DNA of 64,000 bases, taken from assembly GCA_951406725.2 (NCBI GenBank), contig OX597814.1, positions 11,408,001 through 11,472,000 on the forward strand, in the 5' to 3' direction. Numbering within the stretch: position 1 is the stretch's first letter; every line of letters starts with the position of its first letter. This stretch comes from Octopus vulgaris (lineage: Eukaryota). Below, piece after piece: positions 39,180 through 54,808 of the stretch. The position numbers were made by a program, and so were the translations under genes. The notes beneath the pieces were generated by a model, which saw only the letters and a program-made list of their open reading frames with translations, searched no databases and was not told where the DNA came from.

Positions 39180-40088
39180 CATACATACATACATACATAC
39201 ATACATACATACATACATACATACATAGATATGTAAGACATACAGACTTTCACAAACATAATCACACATTCATGCAAAGTTCGGAGTTTTCCTCACTCAC
39301 TCTCTCTCTTTCTCTCACTCACATGCACACACACATACTTCCCGCTCTCTCACATACGCACGTCCCTAACTCTCTCTTTCTCTTTCTCTCTCTTTCACTC
39401 TCTCTTTCCTTCTTTCACGCACGCACATCTCTTTTCCTCTCTCTCTTTCTCACACTCTCTTCCTCCCGCTATTTTCTCCCTGTTCAACAGCTACTCACAT
39501 ATCTCACCACAAGCACCACCACTACCACCACCACTACTACACTGACAACAACACTACCACCACCACCACCACTACCACCACCACTACACTGACAACATAT
39601 CTCGCCCCAACACCACCATCATCCCCACCCCACCCCACCACACTAAAAACAAACAAGCGTTTGCGTATTTAGAAAAATCGATATCGATTAAGGAGAAATA
39701 AATATAAATTTGTAATGTAAGCATGTATAAAATGATTATTAAACTTTGTATGAGATAGCAGAAATATCAAGTTGACAGGCATCGTATAAACGATATACGT
39801 ATGCCAATATGATCCACGCCGATGGCTTTGAACGCCATTGTTGTATATCAATGAACATCGAACGTGTCTGTATAGTTCAATGTCATGTCTAGCATAAAGA
39901 ACGCCTGTAAAACTTTATTCAATCTAGAACCATTACAGTATTACGCCATTACACCGTAACACCAACGCTATTTCCCTATTAGTGTTATGTACAGATGTAC
40001 GGATGTACAAGCGTATGAATGTACAGAATATGTAGCCATGTGTGTGTATGGGTGTAAAAAAATGTATTTGTATGTGTGTATGTGTAGA

Positions 40089-40290
40089 AACTTTTATATG
40101 TTGGCATCTACAAGAGGGTACTGAAAATTTCCTGGCTTTGGTTAAAAGAAAATACAGGAGGGTCTGTTAAATTATGATTTTATTCAACATATTCCCCTCT
40201 CAGATTTGCATACTTATTGCAGCTATCCGTCAGTTTTTTAAGTCCTGTAAAAAGAACTCGAAAGGTTGGGCCTCCAGCCAGGCCTTTCGC
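40089..40290. mobile_element. Mariner-like terminal fragment
   Basis: TACAAGAGGGTACTGAAAATTTCCTGGC resembles a mariner-type terminus; no partner end seen. Confidence 0.4.
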
Positions 40291-40299
40291 TTTCAACAC

Positions 40300-40658
40300 A
40301 CCCTTCTACTAAAGCCTCGGGTCGACCAAAGCCTTGTGAGCGGATTTAGTTGACGGAAGGTGAAAGAAATCCGTCTTATATATATATATATATATACATA
40401 TGCATATAAATGTGTGTGTATATATATCTATATCTATATCTATATATAAGTTTATGTGTCTCTGTCTCCCTACCATCGCTTAACAACCGATGTTGGTGTG
40501 CTTACGTCCTCGTAAACTAGCCGTTCGGCAAAAAGAGACCGATAGAATAAGTATTAGGCTTACAAAGCATAAGTGCTGGGGTCGATTTGTTCGACTACAG
40601 GGGGTGCTCCAGCATGGCCGCAGTCAAAGGACTGAAACCAATAAGACAATAAAAGAAT
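40300..40658 (+). mobile_element. 5'-truncated SINE (family as 53124-53525)
   Basis: CTTCTACTAAAGCCTCGGGTCGACCAAAGCC...GGTGCTCCAGCATGGCCGCAGTC..GACTGAAAC tail. Confidence 0.8.
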
Positions 40659-40669
40659 ATGTATATATA

Positions 40670-40941
40670 GTCCGACCCCTCCCCTCCTTCAAATGAGCCC
40701 ACAACCTACGTGGCCTACTGGCCCACAGTTTCTTCCCTAACCCAACCTCTCAACCCTGTTCGTTCTCCTTCCCCCGCCTACGCTGCCGCACTTGCCCTTA
40801 CCTCTCCAATACCACCTTCCTCACATGCAACCATCATCGACCCTATCATATCACTGACTCCTTCACCTGCACTTCTAGCAACGTTATCTACTGCATCTCT
40901 TGCTCTCTCTCTTTCTCTCTCTCTCACTCTCCCTCACTCTC

Positions 40942-40999
<58 letters not shown>

Positions 41000-41983
41000 C
41001 TTTCCTGTACAACAGTCAAACGGGATGCCGCTTGACTGACCGGTTCGCAGAACACCTCTGAGACTCGGCAACGACACCCCGGTCTCGCGCCATTTCCGGT
41101 CTTCTGGTCATTCTTTACAACACCTGTCTGTATTTGAATTGTCTTCGCCGTGAACAGGAATTAATTTTCTCTCTTCGCTCCTTTGCGCCACATGGGCTCA
41201 ACTCTCCTCCCTTCTTTATCCAACACCCTCCTCTCTTCCTCTCTTCCTCTCACACCTACTTCCTCACTTCACTCCCACCCACCTTTCCTCTCCTCTCTTG
41301 CTCTGACGTCTACTTCCTCTCTTCACTCATACCCACCTTCTCTCTTCCACCCCTCCCTTCAACGTCATCTCCTCCATCGTTACCCCACTCCTGCACATTC
41401 CAGCCTCACCATCCTTATACATCCCATCCCACCCCAACCCTCTCCCTAACACACACCTCACCCTTGCTTCCCACACCCTCGCCTCTCCCACACCCAACAC
41501 CACCACACCACATCATGCCACACCACACACACCACTACACCATACCACACACCATCACGCCACACACCGCCATACTACACCACATCGCACCACCCCGCAC
41601 ACACTAGCACTGACCACTTCCCAGCACCCACTCATCATCCACACACCTACACATGCGCACACGCACACGTCAAGGCCACCAGCCTCTGTCCACACGCACA
41701 TACACACGCACGCGCACCTTCGTTTTGGGATGACCACTACTTTATTATCTCCCCTTCTTCCTAGCGCTCCTGTTTGACCACCTCTGTCCGGCATTCGCCA
41801 TAAACGATCGCTAGCCATTAAACCTCTTTTTATTTTCTCACTCTGTTTATTTCTGTGTCCCCTTCTGTTGAAGAGCGTAGGCTTGAAACGTAAAAGACTT
41901 TCTCACTTCCCAAGCGTTAAACATCTGTTTGTTGCTTACACACCCTTCGTCTTTTGTTTTGTTTGTTTTTTGTAAATTCCAAC

Positions 41984-41985
<2 letters not shown>
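40670..41985 (+). mobile_element. Penelope-like element 3' remnant (GIY-YIG endonuclease plus terminal repeat)
   Basis: QTGCRLTDRFAEHL, TPVSRHFRSSGHSLQHLSV and CLRREQELIFSLRSFAPHGLN are PLE GIY-YIG motifs; hammerhead-like motif at 41861-41896; ends at a TA/TATG repeat. Confidence 0.78.
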
Positions 41986-42019
<34 letters not shown>

Positions 42020-42074
42020 TGTATGTATGTATGTATGTATGTTTGTATGTATGTATGTATGTTTGTATGTATGT

Positions 42075-42193
<119 letters not shown>

Positions 42194-42509
42194 TGTATGT
42201 ATGTATATGTACACAAACATGCAGGAAGTAAACAGACACATTTAAGTTTCAAAATTTAAGCGTCTTAATATGTTTTCAGCAGCGTAGAATTTACACTGTA
42301 ATTATTCTTTTTCATTCCATGTGGCATTATATCAAACTTTCATCCTCCGCAAAAAATTCCAAACTTTATTTAATTTGCTTTGCGGGAAGGACTGTTTCAA
42401 TGAAGTTGTGTCTTGTCCTTGCCTTTTATTTGAATCAAACACTAAAACCTTAGATATGCACCTACAGTGAGTCACGTGGAATGCAGTATATGTGTTTAAT
42501 ATCTGCGAT

Positions 42510-42736
42510 ATTCTGTTGTGTCTGGGGAGAGTCATTTTCTTTTTGTGTCTTATAATATAACACACACACCGGTAAAATTTCCTCTTATTTCTTAAGAAAT
42601 AAGTGGAAATTTTACAGGTGAGTGTGTTAAATTATACGGCACAAAAAGAAAATGACGCTCCCTAGACACAACAGAATATGCTTCAACACACGAACTCATA
42701 TAAAGAATCTTGCAAACCAGATCCAAAAACGAAATA
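42510..42736. mobile_element. Second, internally deleted copy of the 31380-31730 palindromic element
   Basis: Shares TGTTGTGTCTGGGGAGAGTCATT..CCGGTAAAATTT arms and the GATTCTTTATATGAGTTCGTG extension, inverted. Confidence 0.75.
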
Positions 42737-43879
42737 TTTGCAATAGTTTTCCAGAATCTAGACACATCTATCTACTTTTTTTCTTTTTTTTTTCTTTATT
42801 AACTAGCAAACGAATAATTAATTATAACTAGAGGAAAGTTTTGGCGAAAACGAATCTTAAATTCTAAAACTGTGTTACAAATGACTGTTAATACCTAGAA
42901 TATGGTGACACGAAAGAAATGAATTAAGCTCCAAACTCTCATATTCTGTTTATTTTTCTTTGGATCATTCGCTTTCTGACTAACCTTCACTCCCCCCTCA
43001 CTCTCTCTCTCTCTCTTTCTCTTTCCCTCCCTCTCTCTTTCTGTTGCTTGCTCAGTCGACTGATAGTTCTTTATTATATTTCTTTTGAAACTTTTGTTGT
43101 AGTCTCTTTTCTCCACCACACACACATCCACACATACACTCGCACACACACATACACACACACACACACATACACACACGCACACACACACACACGCACA
43201 CACACATATACAGAAGAACATATTCACACTTACTCCCGCTTAGATTCGTCGAAAAGTATTACGTTGAAAACACGCTTAACTCGTAAATTTATTATGTATA
43301 TCTGTAAGTATGCATGTATGCATGTGTGTGTTTGTGTGAGTGCCTATCTAAAATTGTCTCTCACTTCCTCTCCTTCTCTCTCCATGACCTGCCTCATCTG
43401 TTTCGGAGATCCTTTACATTAATTTCTCTTTCCCTTTCAATCTTTTCAGTTTCTTTCACACTGTTCCTCTCACATATTTCCCTTCTCTCATTTTATGGCT
43501 CATGCACTCTTGTCTGCTGCTTCCGACAACCACTACATCAACGCTTACGAAACTATTCGTACAAAGCCACACGTACAATTTCATTGAAGCAGACGATATA
43601 CACTTATCTAAACCACATAATGGTAACTGGCTGATCGTTTTACTTGTCACACTCATCAAATAGAGAATTTTTATTTACTGATTAAATTTCCAACGAAACC
43701 TCCCTGGGCATTGCGATTCGAGACACAATATTGAAATAGCGAAAACGCAAATAAAGAATATGAGAGAGACAAAATAGTCAGAGACAGGGAAAGAGAAGAG
43801 AGAAAAGAGAGAGGGTGAGTGACTGAGAGGGAGAAAGAAATTGTTCAAAACCGAAAGATAAAAGTGATTGGTAAATAGA

Positions 43880-44046
43880 TAGATGAACATCATTACATGC
43901 ATACATACGCATATACAGGGAGATACACACACACACACACATATATATATTGGTACGTACGTCCATGCACACATATATAAATATATTGGAAAGAATACTT
44001 ATTTCTAAGAGCTGGTTGTGTAGTGTTGTGGAATGAGACTAAAGAC

Positions 44047-44078
<32 letters not shown>

Positions 44079-44171
44079 CTTTAGTCGTCGATTTTGTTTC
44101 TCATTCCACAACGCTACACAACCAGCTCTTAGAAATAAGTATTCATGTATCCATGTACGTACGTACCAATA

Positions 44172-44210
<39 letters not shown>

Positions 44211-44262
44211 CCCTGTATATGTGTATGTATGCACGTATGTATGCATATAATGTATGTATCTA
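43880..44262. repeat. Fold-back inverted duplication centred on (GT)n
   Basis: GAATACTTATTTCTAAGAGCTGGTTGTGTAGTGTTGTGGAATGAGA (43993-44038) is inverted at 44099-44144, with outer arms also inverted. Confidence 0.88.
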
Positions 44263-44730
44263 TTTACCAGTCATATATATATATTTATATATATATATAT
44301 ATATACATAATTATTTATATGGGTGTATATATATATATATACATATATATATGCATACATACACACATACATACATACGTATATCATACAAGCATAAATA
44401 CATACAAATACATAAATGTATGTCTGCGTATGCATACATTAATAAATATATACGCATGTGTGAATGCAGATATACATGTATGTGTACATATATATATATC
44501 TGTATATATATATATGCATACGTACATACACACATACATACATACATACATACATACATACATACATACATACATACATACATACATACGTACATATATA
44601 TACCATACAAACATAAATACATACATATATATAAATGTATGTCTGTGTATGCATACATGAATATATATATATACGAATGAGTGAATGCATATATGTATGT
44701 GTGTATATATATATATATACACATATACAC

Positions 44731-44773
<43 letters not shown>

Positions 44774-44951
44774 TATGTATGTATGTATGTATATATGGGT
44801 GTGTGCATGTATGCACGTATGTATAAGCAGATAGAGAGAGAGAGAGAGAGAGGAAGAGATAGAGGGAGAGAGAGATGCATGTATGCATACATACATTCGT
44901 ATTTAAATGTACGTATATTGGTTTATTTCGGAGTTTCTTTATAAATTACTT

Positions 44952-44998
<47 letters not shown>

Positions 44999-45059
44999 TA
45001 AATATATGTATATATATATATATATATATGCATATGCATATATATATATATATATATAA

Positions 45060-45136
<77 letters not shown>

Positions 45137-45664
45137 TGTATGTATGTATGTATGTATGTATGTATGTATGTATGTATATGAGTGAGGTTGTGGACGTTTA
45201 AATTTATACGTGTATTTATAAGATGAACGTGTGTCTTTTTCTACGCGTGTATCGTATATGAATGTGTATGAATGTGTGTTTATTTGTGCTTGTGTGTACA
45301 CAAGCAGTATCCCTGAGGGTCGAGACTGTGACTCCAAGACAAAATATTGGCATGAAGCTAATTTGAAGATATTCCTCTCCTAAGACAGAGGCGCAAAGCC
45401 ACAAAACCACTTATTCAACCCGAGCCGACATTATGGCGATATAATTCACCAGGAGATATATTGGTGGCAAATATGTGAATATATTATATATATATATATA
45501 CGCATAGATACACACACACACATACGCATACACACATACACACACACATATATATATATATACATACATACACACATACATAAATATATATATATATATA
45601 TATACACTTGTACATGTATGTACGTATGTAAGCATATAGGTGTATATATCTGTATATATTTCTG

Positions 45665-45701
<37 letters not shown>

Positions 45702-45790
45702 AGCTATGTGTATATTTACATATATATATACATAATGTATATATATATATATGTATGTATATATGTACGTATATATGTATATACATATAC

Positions 45791-45835
<45 letters not shown>

Positions 45836-45889
45836 ATGTGTATATATATATGTATGTATATATGTACGTATATATGTATATACATATAC

Positions 45890-45965
<76 letters not shown>

Positions 45966-46799
45966 GTATGTATCTGTGTGTGTGCGTGTGTTTTTTTTAA
46001 ACAGACATATATACATATATGTGAATGTGTGCTCCAATGGATATATATTATAATTATTAGATGTTTTGTTTACTGAGCGATGTCAAATAAAACTTATCCC
46101 ATTAATTCTTGTGAATTTCATCGATTTAGCTGCCTTTTTGTTGACTTGGTTAACTCGTGAATACGGCTGTGTCCAAGTATTTGTGCGTCTATGAACGTAT
46201 ATATATAAGTGTAGTTATGGCTGCTTAATGTGTGCATGCCGCTTTGCTAATATGTATTCGCGAAGGTTATTAATACGCACATATACATACGTACGTACGC
46301 ACAGACACACAAGTACACTTTCATACATTTATATGATGTTATTTTTTTCCCTTTATATATATATATATATGGAGGGGATAAATAATATGCACAAACACAT
46401 ATATATATAGACACACATATACGCACGTGCATATTAATGTTATTAATGTGTGATCTAAATGAGTAAGTTACGGGCTTGTGAATGTACGTATGTGTGCACA
46501 CGCATGTCTACGCTTAGAACGAACGCCCACACATAAATGAATGCGAACTGCATTGAAAAAACATACATTCATATTCTATATATTATCTGGCAGGATCGTT
46601 TTTTCTAGTTGTCTAGCAAATAGAGAAATATATGTGGACACATGATATAATTCCTTCAGCAGAACTGCAAAGAGAGGCTTTGTAAAGAATTACTACTTGT
46701 ACACACCGTATTGAAGAAAGCAGTGACACAAGGAAGCAGGGTAAATATTGGTTTGAAATGTTGGCACAAGGCCAGCAAGCTTGTGAAAGACCACGAGAC

Positions 46800-47521
46800 A
46801 CCCACAAGACGGCTCCCGAACATGGCGAATACGTTCCTCATTGTATTCGAGGGAAGATCTTCGAACACCTCCTTGATCTTAGCTGTCAGTTCGGCCTTGG
46901 TGTTGCAGGCAGAGCGGTTGATGTATTTCTCAACCGCGCCTCACATTTAGTAATCCATAGAATTACAATCAGAGGAATTAGGAGGCCAAAAATTTGGGGT
47001 CTGGTGAAGACGTAGAAATTCTCCGACAACCACTTCTAACTCTTTCCAGTAGTGTGGCATTAAGACGAATCCTGCTGCCACACATATGGTGTTCCAGCAG
47101 CAACATTCTCCAACCAGAGATTGACCTCTGTCTCTAGCAGCAACACGAAACCGTTTGAATTGATCCTAAGTCTCTGTTCAAAGATGTGGGGATGAAGTGC
47201 AGCGTGCAGACACAGTCATAACGCTTGCTGTGTACATTTCTGCTGGTCACGTCTTCGTAGTCTCTGCAGCAGTTGTGTATACCACATCTTACAACCTTTA
47301 TAATAGTCACAGAGCATTGATGTTGGTATTTTGCTACCCAGCACGAATTATCATGATACAGGTAATTCTTTTTCAAATTCAGATGGCTTACAGTTCTCTT
47401 TGTTAGCTAACTTATGGTCAACTACAACTATGATCTTTATGTTCTCCAATACATCAAGCTATTTTTCAAAAAGGGAAACAAACGACATCAAAAGTCGTCG
47501 AATTTGGCCCGAACACCCTGT
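46800..47521 (-). mobile_element. Degenerate Tc1/mariner-superfamily (maT/DD37D-like) remnant
   Basis: WQQDSS, FWPPNSSDCNSMDY on the minus strand; CAGGGTGTTCGGGCC terminus. Confidence 0.65.
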
Positions 47522-47812
47522 CTGAACATATATATGCTGATCTTGAGAAAAACACTTCATCTCACCTTACTCTTCGATCACTTTGACACCTGACGCGTTG
47601 TACACCGTACACCTGTTCAGACAGCGTCGATTTGATGGAGTGAGTGAGCTAATGTGCAGCACGAACACTTGATCACTTTAAACCAATCATTTGTGCAGGT
47701 CGTTCAGTAAAAAGCTGAACGCCCATACGTCGTCTTAGACGGGATAGTCCACCATATATATGTGTGCGTGCGTGTGTGAGTGTGTGTGTGTGTGTGTTTG
47801 TGTGTGTGTATG

Positions 47813-47863
<51 letters not shown>

Positions 47864-47864
<1 letters not shown>

Positions 47865-47992
47865 GGCGCAGGAGTGGCTGTGTGGTAAGTAGGTTGCTTA
47901 GCAGCCACATGGTTCCGGGTTCAGTCCTACTGTGTGGCACCTTGGGCAAGTGTCTTCTACTATAGCCCCGGGCCGACCAAAGCCTTGTGAGC
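47864..47992 (+). mobile_element. SINE 5' part (family as 53124-53525)
   Basis: AGGCGCAGGAGTGGCTGTGTGGTAAG A box; GGGTTCAGTCC B box. Confidence 0.8.
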
Positions 47993-48254
47993 TTTTCATA
48001 GGACTTGGAACTTTGAACTCTTTCTATTTTTCAATGTTCACCGCGCTCTCACTTGTTTTCTTATTTTCTCCATCCTACTTCTTAAACTTGACATCTTTGA
48101 AAGGTCACCATACCTTGTCAGAGAATATATTTATTTGCAAATATTTACAAATACAATGGGAAGAAAAAAGAAAGAGACGAGAAAGAAAAAAAAAGTGTGT
48201 GTACTGAAATTTCAATAAATTGACCACATCACTCTATCTGCCTATCTGTCTATT

Positions 48255-48326
<72 letters not shown>

Positions 48327-48329
48327 CTA

Positions 48330-49154
48330 TATTAGTTTTTTAACAGATATATTTACCAAAATTACATAAAAATATCGTGAAATACTAAAGACTAAATGTA
48401 TTCCATTAAATCGCCATTGGCTTCAACCATGGCCTCCAGATGACTTCAGTATTTCCTGCAACTCTTATGGACGATCTCCTTGTTTAAGTTGTGAATGCTT
48501 CCGTAATCCTTGCCTTCAATTCACCTTAGGTGTTACAATGAGTTTTGTTGGTCACTCGCTCAAATGCGCCCCACGCATAATACTCAAAGAGGTAACAGTC
48601 TTGAGACTTAGGTGGCCAGATGTTAGGGGTGATGTGGTCACAGAAATTGTCTGACTGCTATGACTAGGTTCTTTTGCATGTGTGGCATAGTGCAGAGTTC
48701 TGTTGCCAGACATAGGATCTTCCAGCAGCCACCCTCTTGACCTAGAGCAGCACTACCTCCTCCAAGTACTTGATGTAGGCCTCAATGTTGAGTCTGAGGC
48801 CGTGTGGAAAGAGGAATTGCAGCATAACGTTGCCATGACTAGTGATCACTCCAAACACCATGATGTTGACTGGCTGTTTGATTTTTATCACTCTCAGTAC
48901 ATGTACTCAGATTGCACGGCCAACAGATTGACACTGAAACATTATTTGTATTGGAGCTTCCGGCACGAATGTCAAGCAGTACAGCATGTGGTTTCCAAAT
49001 TTCTGGCAGAGTGAATTACGTCATTGTGCTGTTTTTCTCACAGACGGTGCTCAACTGACCCCACTATACCGTGTAGTCGATAAAATCAAAAACAAACAAT
49101 TCACATGCGCGAAATAAAAATATAAAATGGCGTCAATTTACCCATCGCACCCTG
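48330..49154 (-). mobile_element. Degenerate Tc1/mariner-superfamily (maT/DD37D-like) remnant
   Basis: WQQNSALCH, WPPKSQDCYLFEYYAWG on the minus strand; TA-CAGGGTGCGATGGGTAAATTG terminus. Confidence 0.7.
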
Positions 49155-49454
49155 TATGTATATGCATATATGCATGTGTGTGTGTGTGTGTGTGTGCACG
49201 CACACGCGTGTGTGTATATTTCAAGGCTGTCCCCAGGTTCTGACATGATTCCAACCCTCATGAGTGAAATCCAACACCCTTTTGCTCTCTTAACCTATAT
49301 CTTCTTTTGTCTTTCTTGTCTTGCTTCCATCATATTTTTCCCATCATCACTCACCTTAATGCGGGCATACACACTGTGTTTATACCGTTCCATCCTTTAC
49401 TCTCTCATCTCTCTCTCTCTCTCGCTTTCGCTCTCTGTCTCGCTCTCACTCTCT

Positions 49455-49492
<38 letters not shown>

Positions 49493-49642
49493 TATAGATA
49501 GATAGATACATACATACATGCATGCATATATAGATAGACAGATAAATACCTCTGATTTACCTCTTCATCACTCCCTCTCTCTCTATTTTTTCTCCATATA
49601 TATATATGTATGCATGTGTATATATATGAATATATATATATG

Positions 49643-49674
<32 letters not shown>

Positions 49675-49688
49675 CATATATATATATA

Positions 49689-49739
<51 letters not shown>

Positions 49740-50558
49740 TTATGTATGTGTGTGTGTGTGTGTGTGTGTGTACGTATCTCTGTGCCCATCACATGAGTGT
49801 CAACAAATTTCAGCCAGAACACAAACACAAGTGATGCAAGATAAATAATAACAAGAACAACATGAACAGCAAAATCACCATCATCACCATCATCACCATC
49901 ATCATCATCATCAAGAACAACAACAGCAACAACAACATCAAAAATACTACTAATAATGACGGCGATGATGATACACTCGTCAACGACCTCACAAACTCCG
50001 ACAGACAGCCGCAGAGTGATATAATGAGAGAAGCGAAACTGCAAAACAGGCTTACGAACCCGCATTATATCGCCAACAAAATGACACAGACGCAGTGCCA
50101 CAAAATCGACCAACAAACTCCGCGCAACAGACCAGCCAGCCAACCAACCTAATGTTCTCCTTCGGCTTTATAATGACTTCCTCGTTTATTCCATGTTGTT
50201 TTTTTGTTTTCGCGTTGTTTTTGTTTTCGCGGTGTTTTTCTTTTCGCGTTGTTTTTTGTTTTCGCGTTGCAATGCTAAAACCTCACTTAATAAATGAAAG
50301 CGATAAGAAGGAAAAAAAAACAAAAAAACAAAAACAATTCGTAAAAAACTGTATATAAAGCTAAATGACAAAACTGAAAATATAAAACAGTAAAGAACTG
50401 TATAATGGGAGTCGTCTCTTGAAGCGGCGGAGCCTGTTTAATTATCACTGTTGTATATATTATTGCTTGGGTTGGATATGCAGACAGATGGGGTGAAACT
50501 ATATACATACATGCCCACATGCATCACATGCATGCACATACATATGTACAAAAATATA

Positions 50559-50592
<34 letters not shown>

Positions 50593-50684
50593 AGTAGTTG
50601 AATGAATTATCTTATTAAGGATAATTCGAAAGATAACCGATACCTGGGTAGCAAATTCACATCAGAAAGAACACGGTTGAAGAA

Positions 50685-50759
<75 letters not shown>

Positions 50760-50963
50760 GTATATATATATATATACATGCTCACCACGCACACACATAC
50801 GTATATTTATATATATGAAATTATGAAACATATATATACACATATTTATATATGCGTGTAGGTGTGTTGATTTTGTCTCCTGTGTGTGTGTATGTGTGTA
50901 CGTGTGTGAGTGCGAGTGTGCGTGTGAGTGTGTGCGTGAGTAGAGTACGTGTGTGAATGTGTG

Positions 50964-50997
<34 letters not shown>

Positions 50998-51189
50998 TGT
51001 AGGTGGTATACAGTTTATATGTGTTTGTGCGTGTGTGCGTGCGCGCGCACGCGTGCATATGTGTGTGTGTGTGTATACATATAAATATGTCCGATAGTTC
51101 ATACATATACATACATACGTACATATATCAGTCAGTAAGCGTCAGGAATTCCTCTAAGGTTTCCTTAAGAAAAATTTTTAATGAAATAT

Positions 51190-52893
<1,704 letters not shown>

Positions 52894-53123
52894 ATAAATG
52901 TGGCAACAAGAAGTGAAATTCAATTTTTAAAAACAAAAAGATCAATAAGAGAAAAGAACTTCATGGCGGCTTTGCTATCGGATAAATGGGCAGATTAAAA
53001 GATTATGAGAAATATCGTAATAAATAAGGGTCAGAGGAAAATATAAGGTGTCGATTTAACACCAGGCTGACCCTGATCAAGCCCAACTATGATACAATAT
53101 GTTTTAGCTGCGACCATAAGATA

Positions 53124-53525
53124 GTAGGAGTGGCTGTGTGGTAAGTAGCTTGCTTACGAACCACATGGTTCCGGGTTCAGTCCCACTGCGTGGCACCTTG
53201 GACAAGTGTCTTCTACTATAGCCTCGGGCCGATCAAAGCTTTGTGAGTGGATTTGGTAGACGGAATCTGAAAGAAGCCCGTTTATATATGTATATATGTA
53301 TGTGTGTGTATATGTTTGTGTGTCTGTGTTTGTACCCCCAACATCGCTTGACAACCGATGCTGGTGTGTTTACATCCTCGTAACTTAGCGGTTCGGCAAA
53401 ATAGACCGATAGTATAAGTACTAGGCTTACAAAGAATAAGTCCTGTGGTCAATTTGCTTGACTACAGACGGTGCTCCAGCATGGCCACAGTCAAATGACT
53501 GAAACAAGTAAAAGAGTAAAAGAGT
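53124..53525 (+). mobile_element. tRNA-derived SINE with internal microsatellite and CR1/L2-like tail
   Basis: A box TGGCTGTGTGG, B box GGGTTCAGTCC, CCTTGGACAAGT CORE-like motif, tail GGTGCTCCAGCATGGCCACAGTC..GACTGAAAC(AAGTAAAAG)n. Confidence 0.85.
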
Positions 53526-53709
53526 ATTTATACGATGTTCCCTGTGTTTTTTGTTTTGTTTTTTGCTTTGTTGTTTTTTTAGATGATAGGGTGTCTGTCA
53601 CCTACCTGGATGCTATTTGTCACTATTTCTAGCACGCTGAACGACCAGATAGAGTTCCCTTCGTTGGTGATTGTAATAATTCACATTTGTGTAACTATTC
53701 TAAGACGAT

Positions 53710-54140
53710 GAACTGCTAGAATCGTCCCGGCACTGGAGAAAGTGCTTAGCGGCGTTTCTTTCGATTCGTTATGCCCTGCATTCAAAATCCGTCAAGGTCG
53801 ACTTTGTCTTTCCTTCCGTCGGAGTCGATAAATAAGTACCAGGTGAGCATTGGGATAGATGTAATCGACAAGTCCCACCCCAAAGTTTCAGACTTTATGC
53901 CTACATTAGAAGGAAATCTTATTATTCTGAAAACAGCATGAAAGAATCTTTACCATCCGGACAAAATGTTGAGCGGCATTTCATCCGGTTCTTTACTTCC
54001 TGAGTTGAAATTCTGTCAAGATTGACTTTGCCTTTCATTCTTTCAAGATCTATAAAAAAAATATCAGCTGTAAACTTGGGTCGATGTGAATGACTAGCCC
54101 CCTTCTCTAGGATTTCAGGTTTTATGCCAAAAGAAAAAAT
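53710..54140 (+). mobile_element. Two old copies of the 17985-type SINE
   Basis: Diverged GTCGACTTTG(C/T)CTTTC..GTCGATAAATAAGTACC cores. Confidence 0.65.
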
Positions 54141-54716
54141 TATAGTCTTTCTTCAACGACAGACTGTGGGAAATTTGAGGGAAATTCGACTGCTGCTTCT
54201 AGTTGGTCCACCAACCATATACAGATTCTTTCCTTGATGAAAATCCCTTTCCGCCGTGTCTGTTTTCATAGAACATACTTTCAATCAATGACATTCTACA
54301 CATAAGCATCACCCATTCATTTTTTTCTTATCGATCACAAATGCTCCTTTTTAAATACGTAATATCCTTTTTTAAACGGGGTGTAATATGAGGGAGAATT
54401 TAGCTGCTATATCTAGCAGGTTGAAGTACCACAGAGTGGGTGCCTTGGCAGGTAGGTCTCCTTATTGGGGACTTTCACAGCTGTTGGTACTTAAACCATC
54501 TACCGTGACCATCTCGTATTTTCTTTTCAAGCATAGTATACCTAGAATTACATTGTCTAATATGGTCTTCTCTTATCTCAAGAGAGATGAGTTTGGTCTC
54601 AGGGAGATTTGGGTGCTATTTCTAGTATTTCTTGAAAGAGATTTGTTTGCTATTTCAAAAACCATGCAGAAGCCCCCACTTCGGGGCTGATAACTGCTGT
54701 TGCAATGTGGTGGTGG

Positions 54717-54808
<92 letters not shown>

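Noticed and set aside
43893-46053. Many YI/CV/HT-rich ORFs (also 11.5-13.4, 24-26.5 and 58.7-61.6 kb)
   Set aside because: Translations of TA, CA and CATA microsatellites
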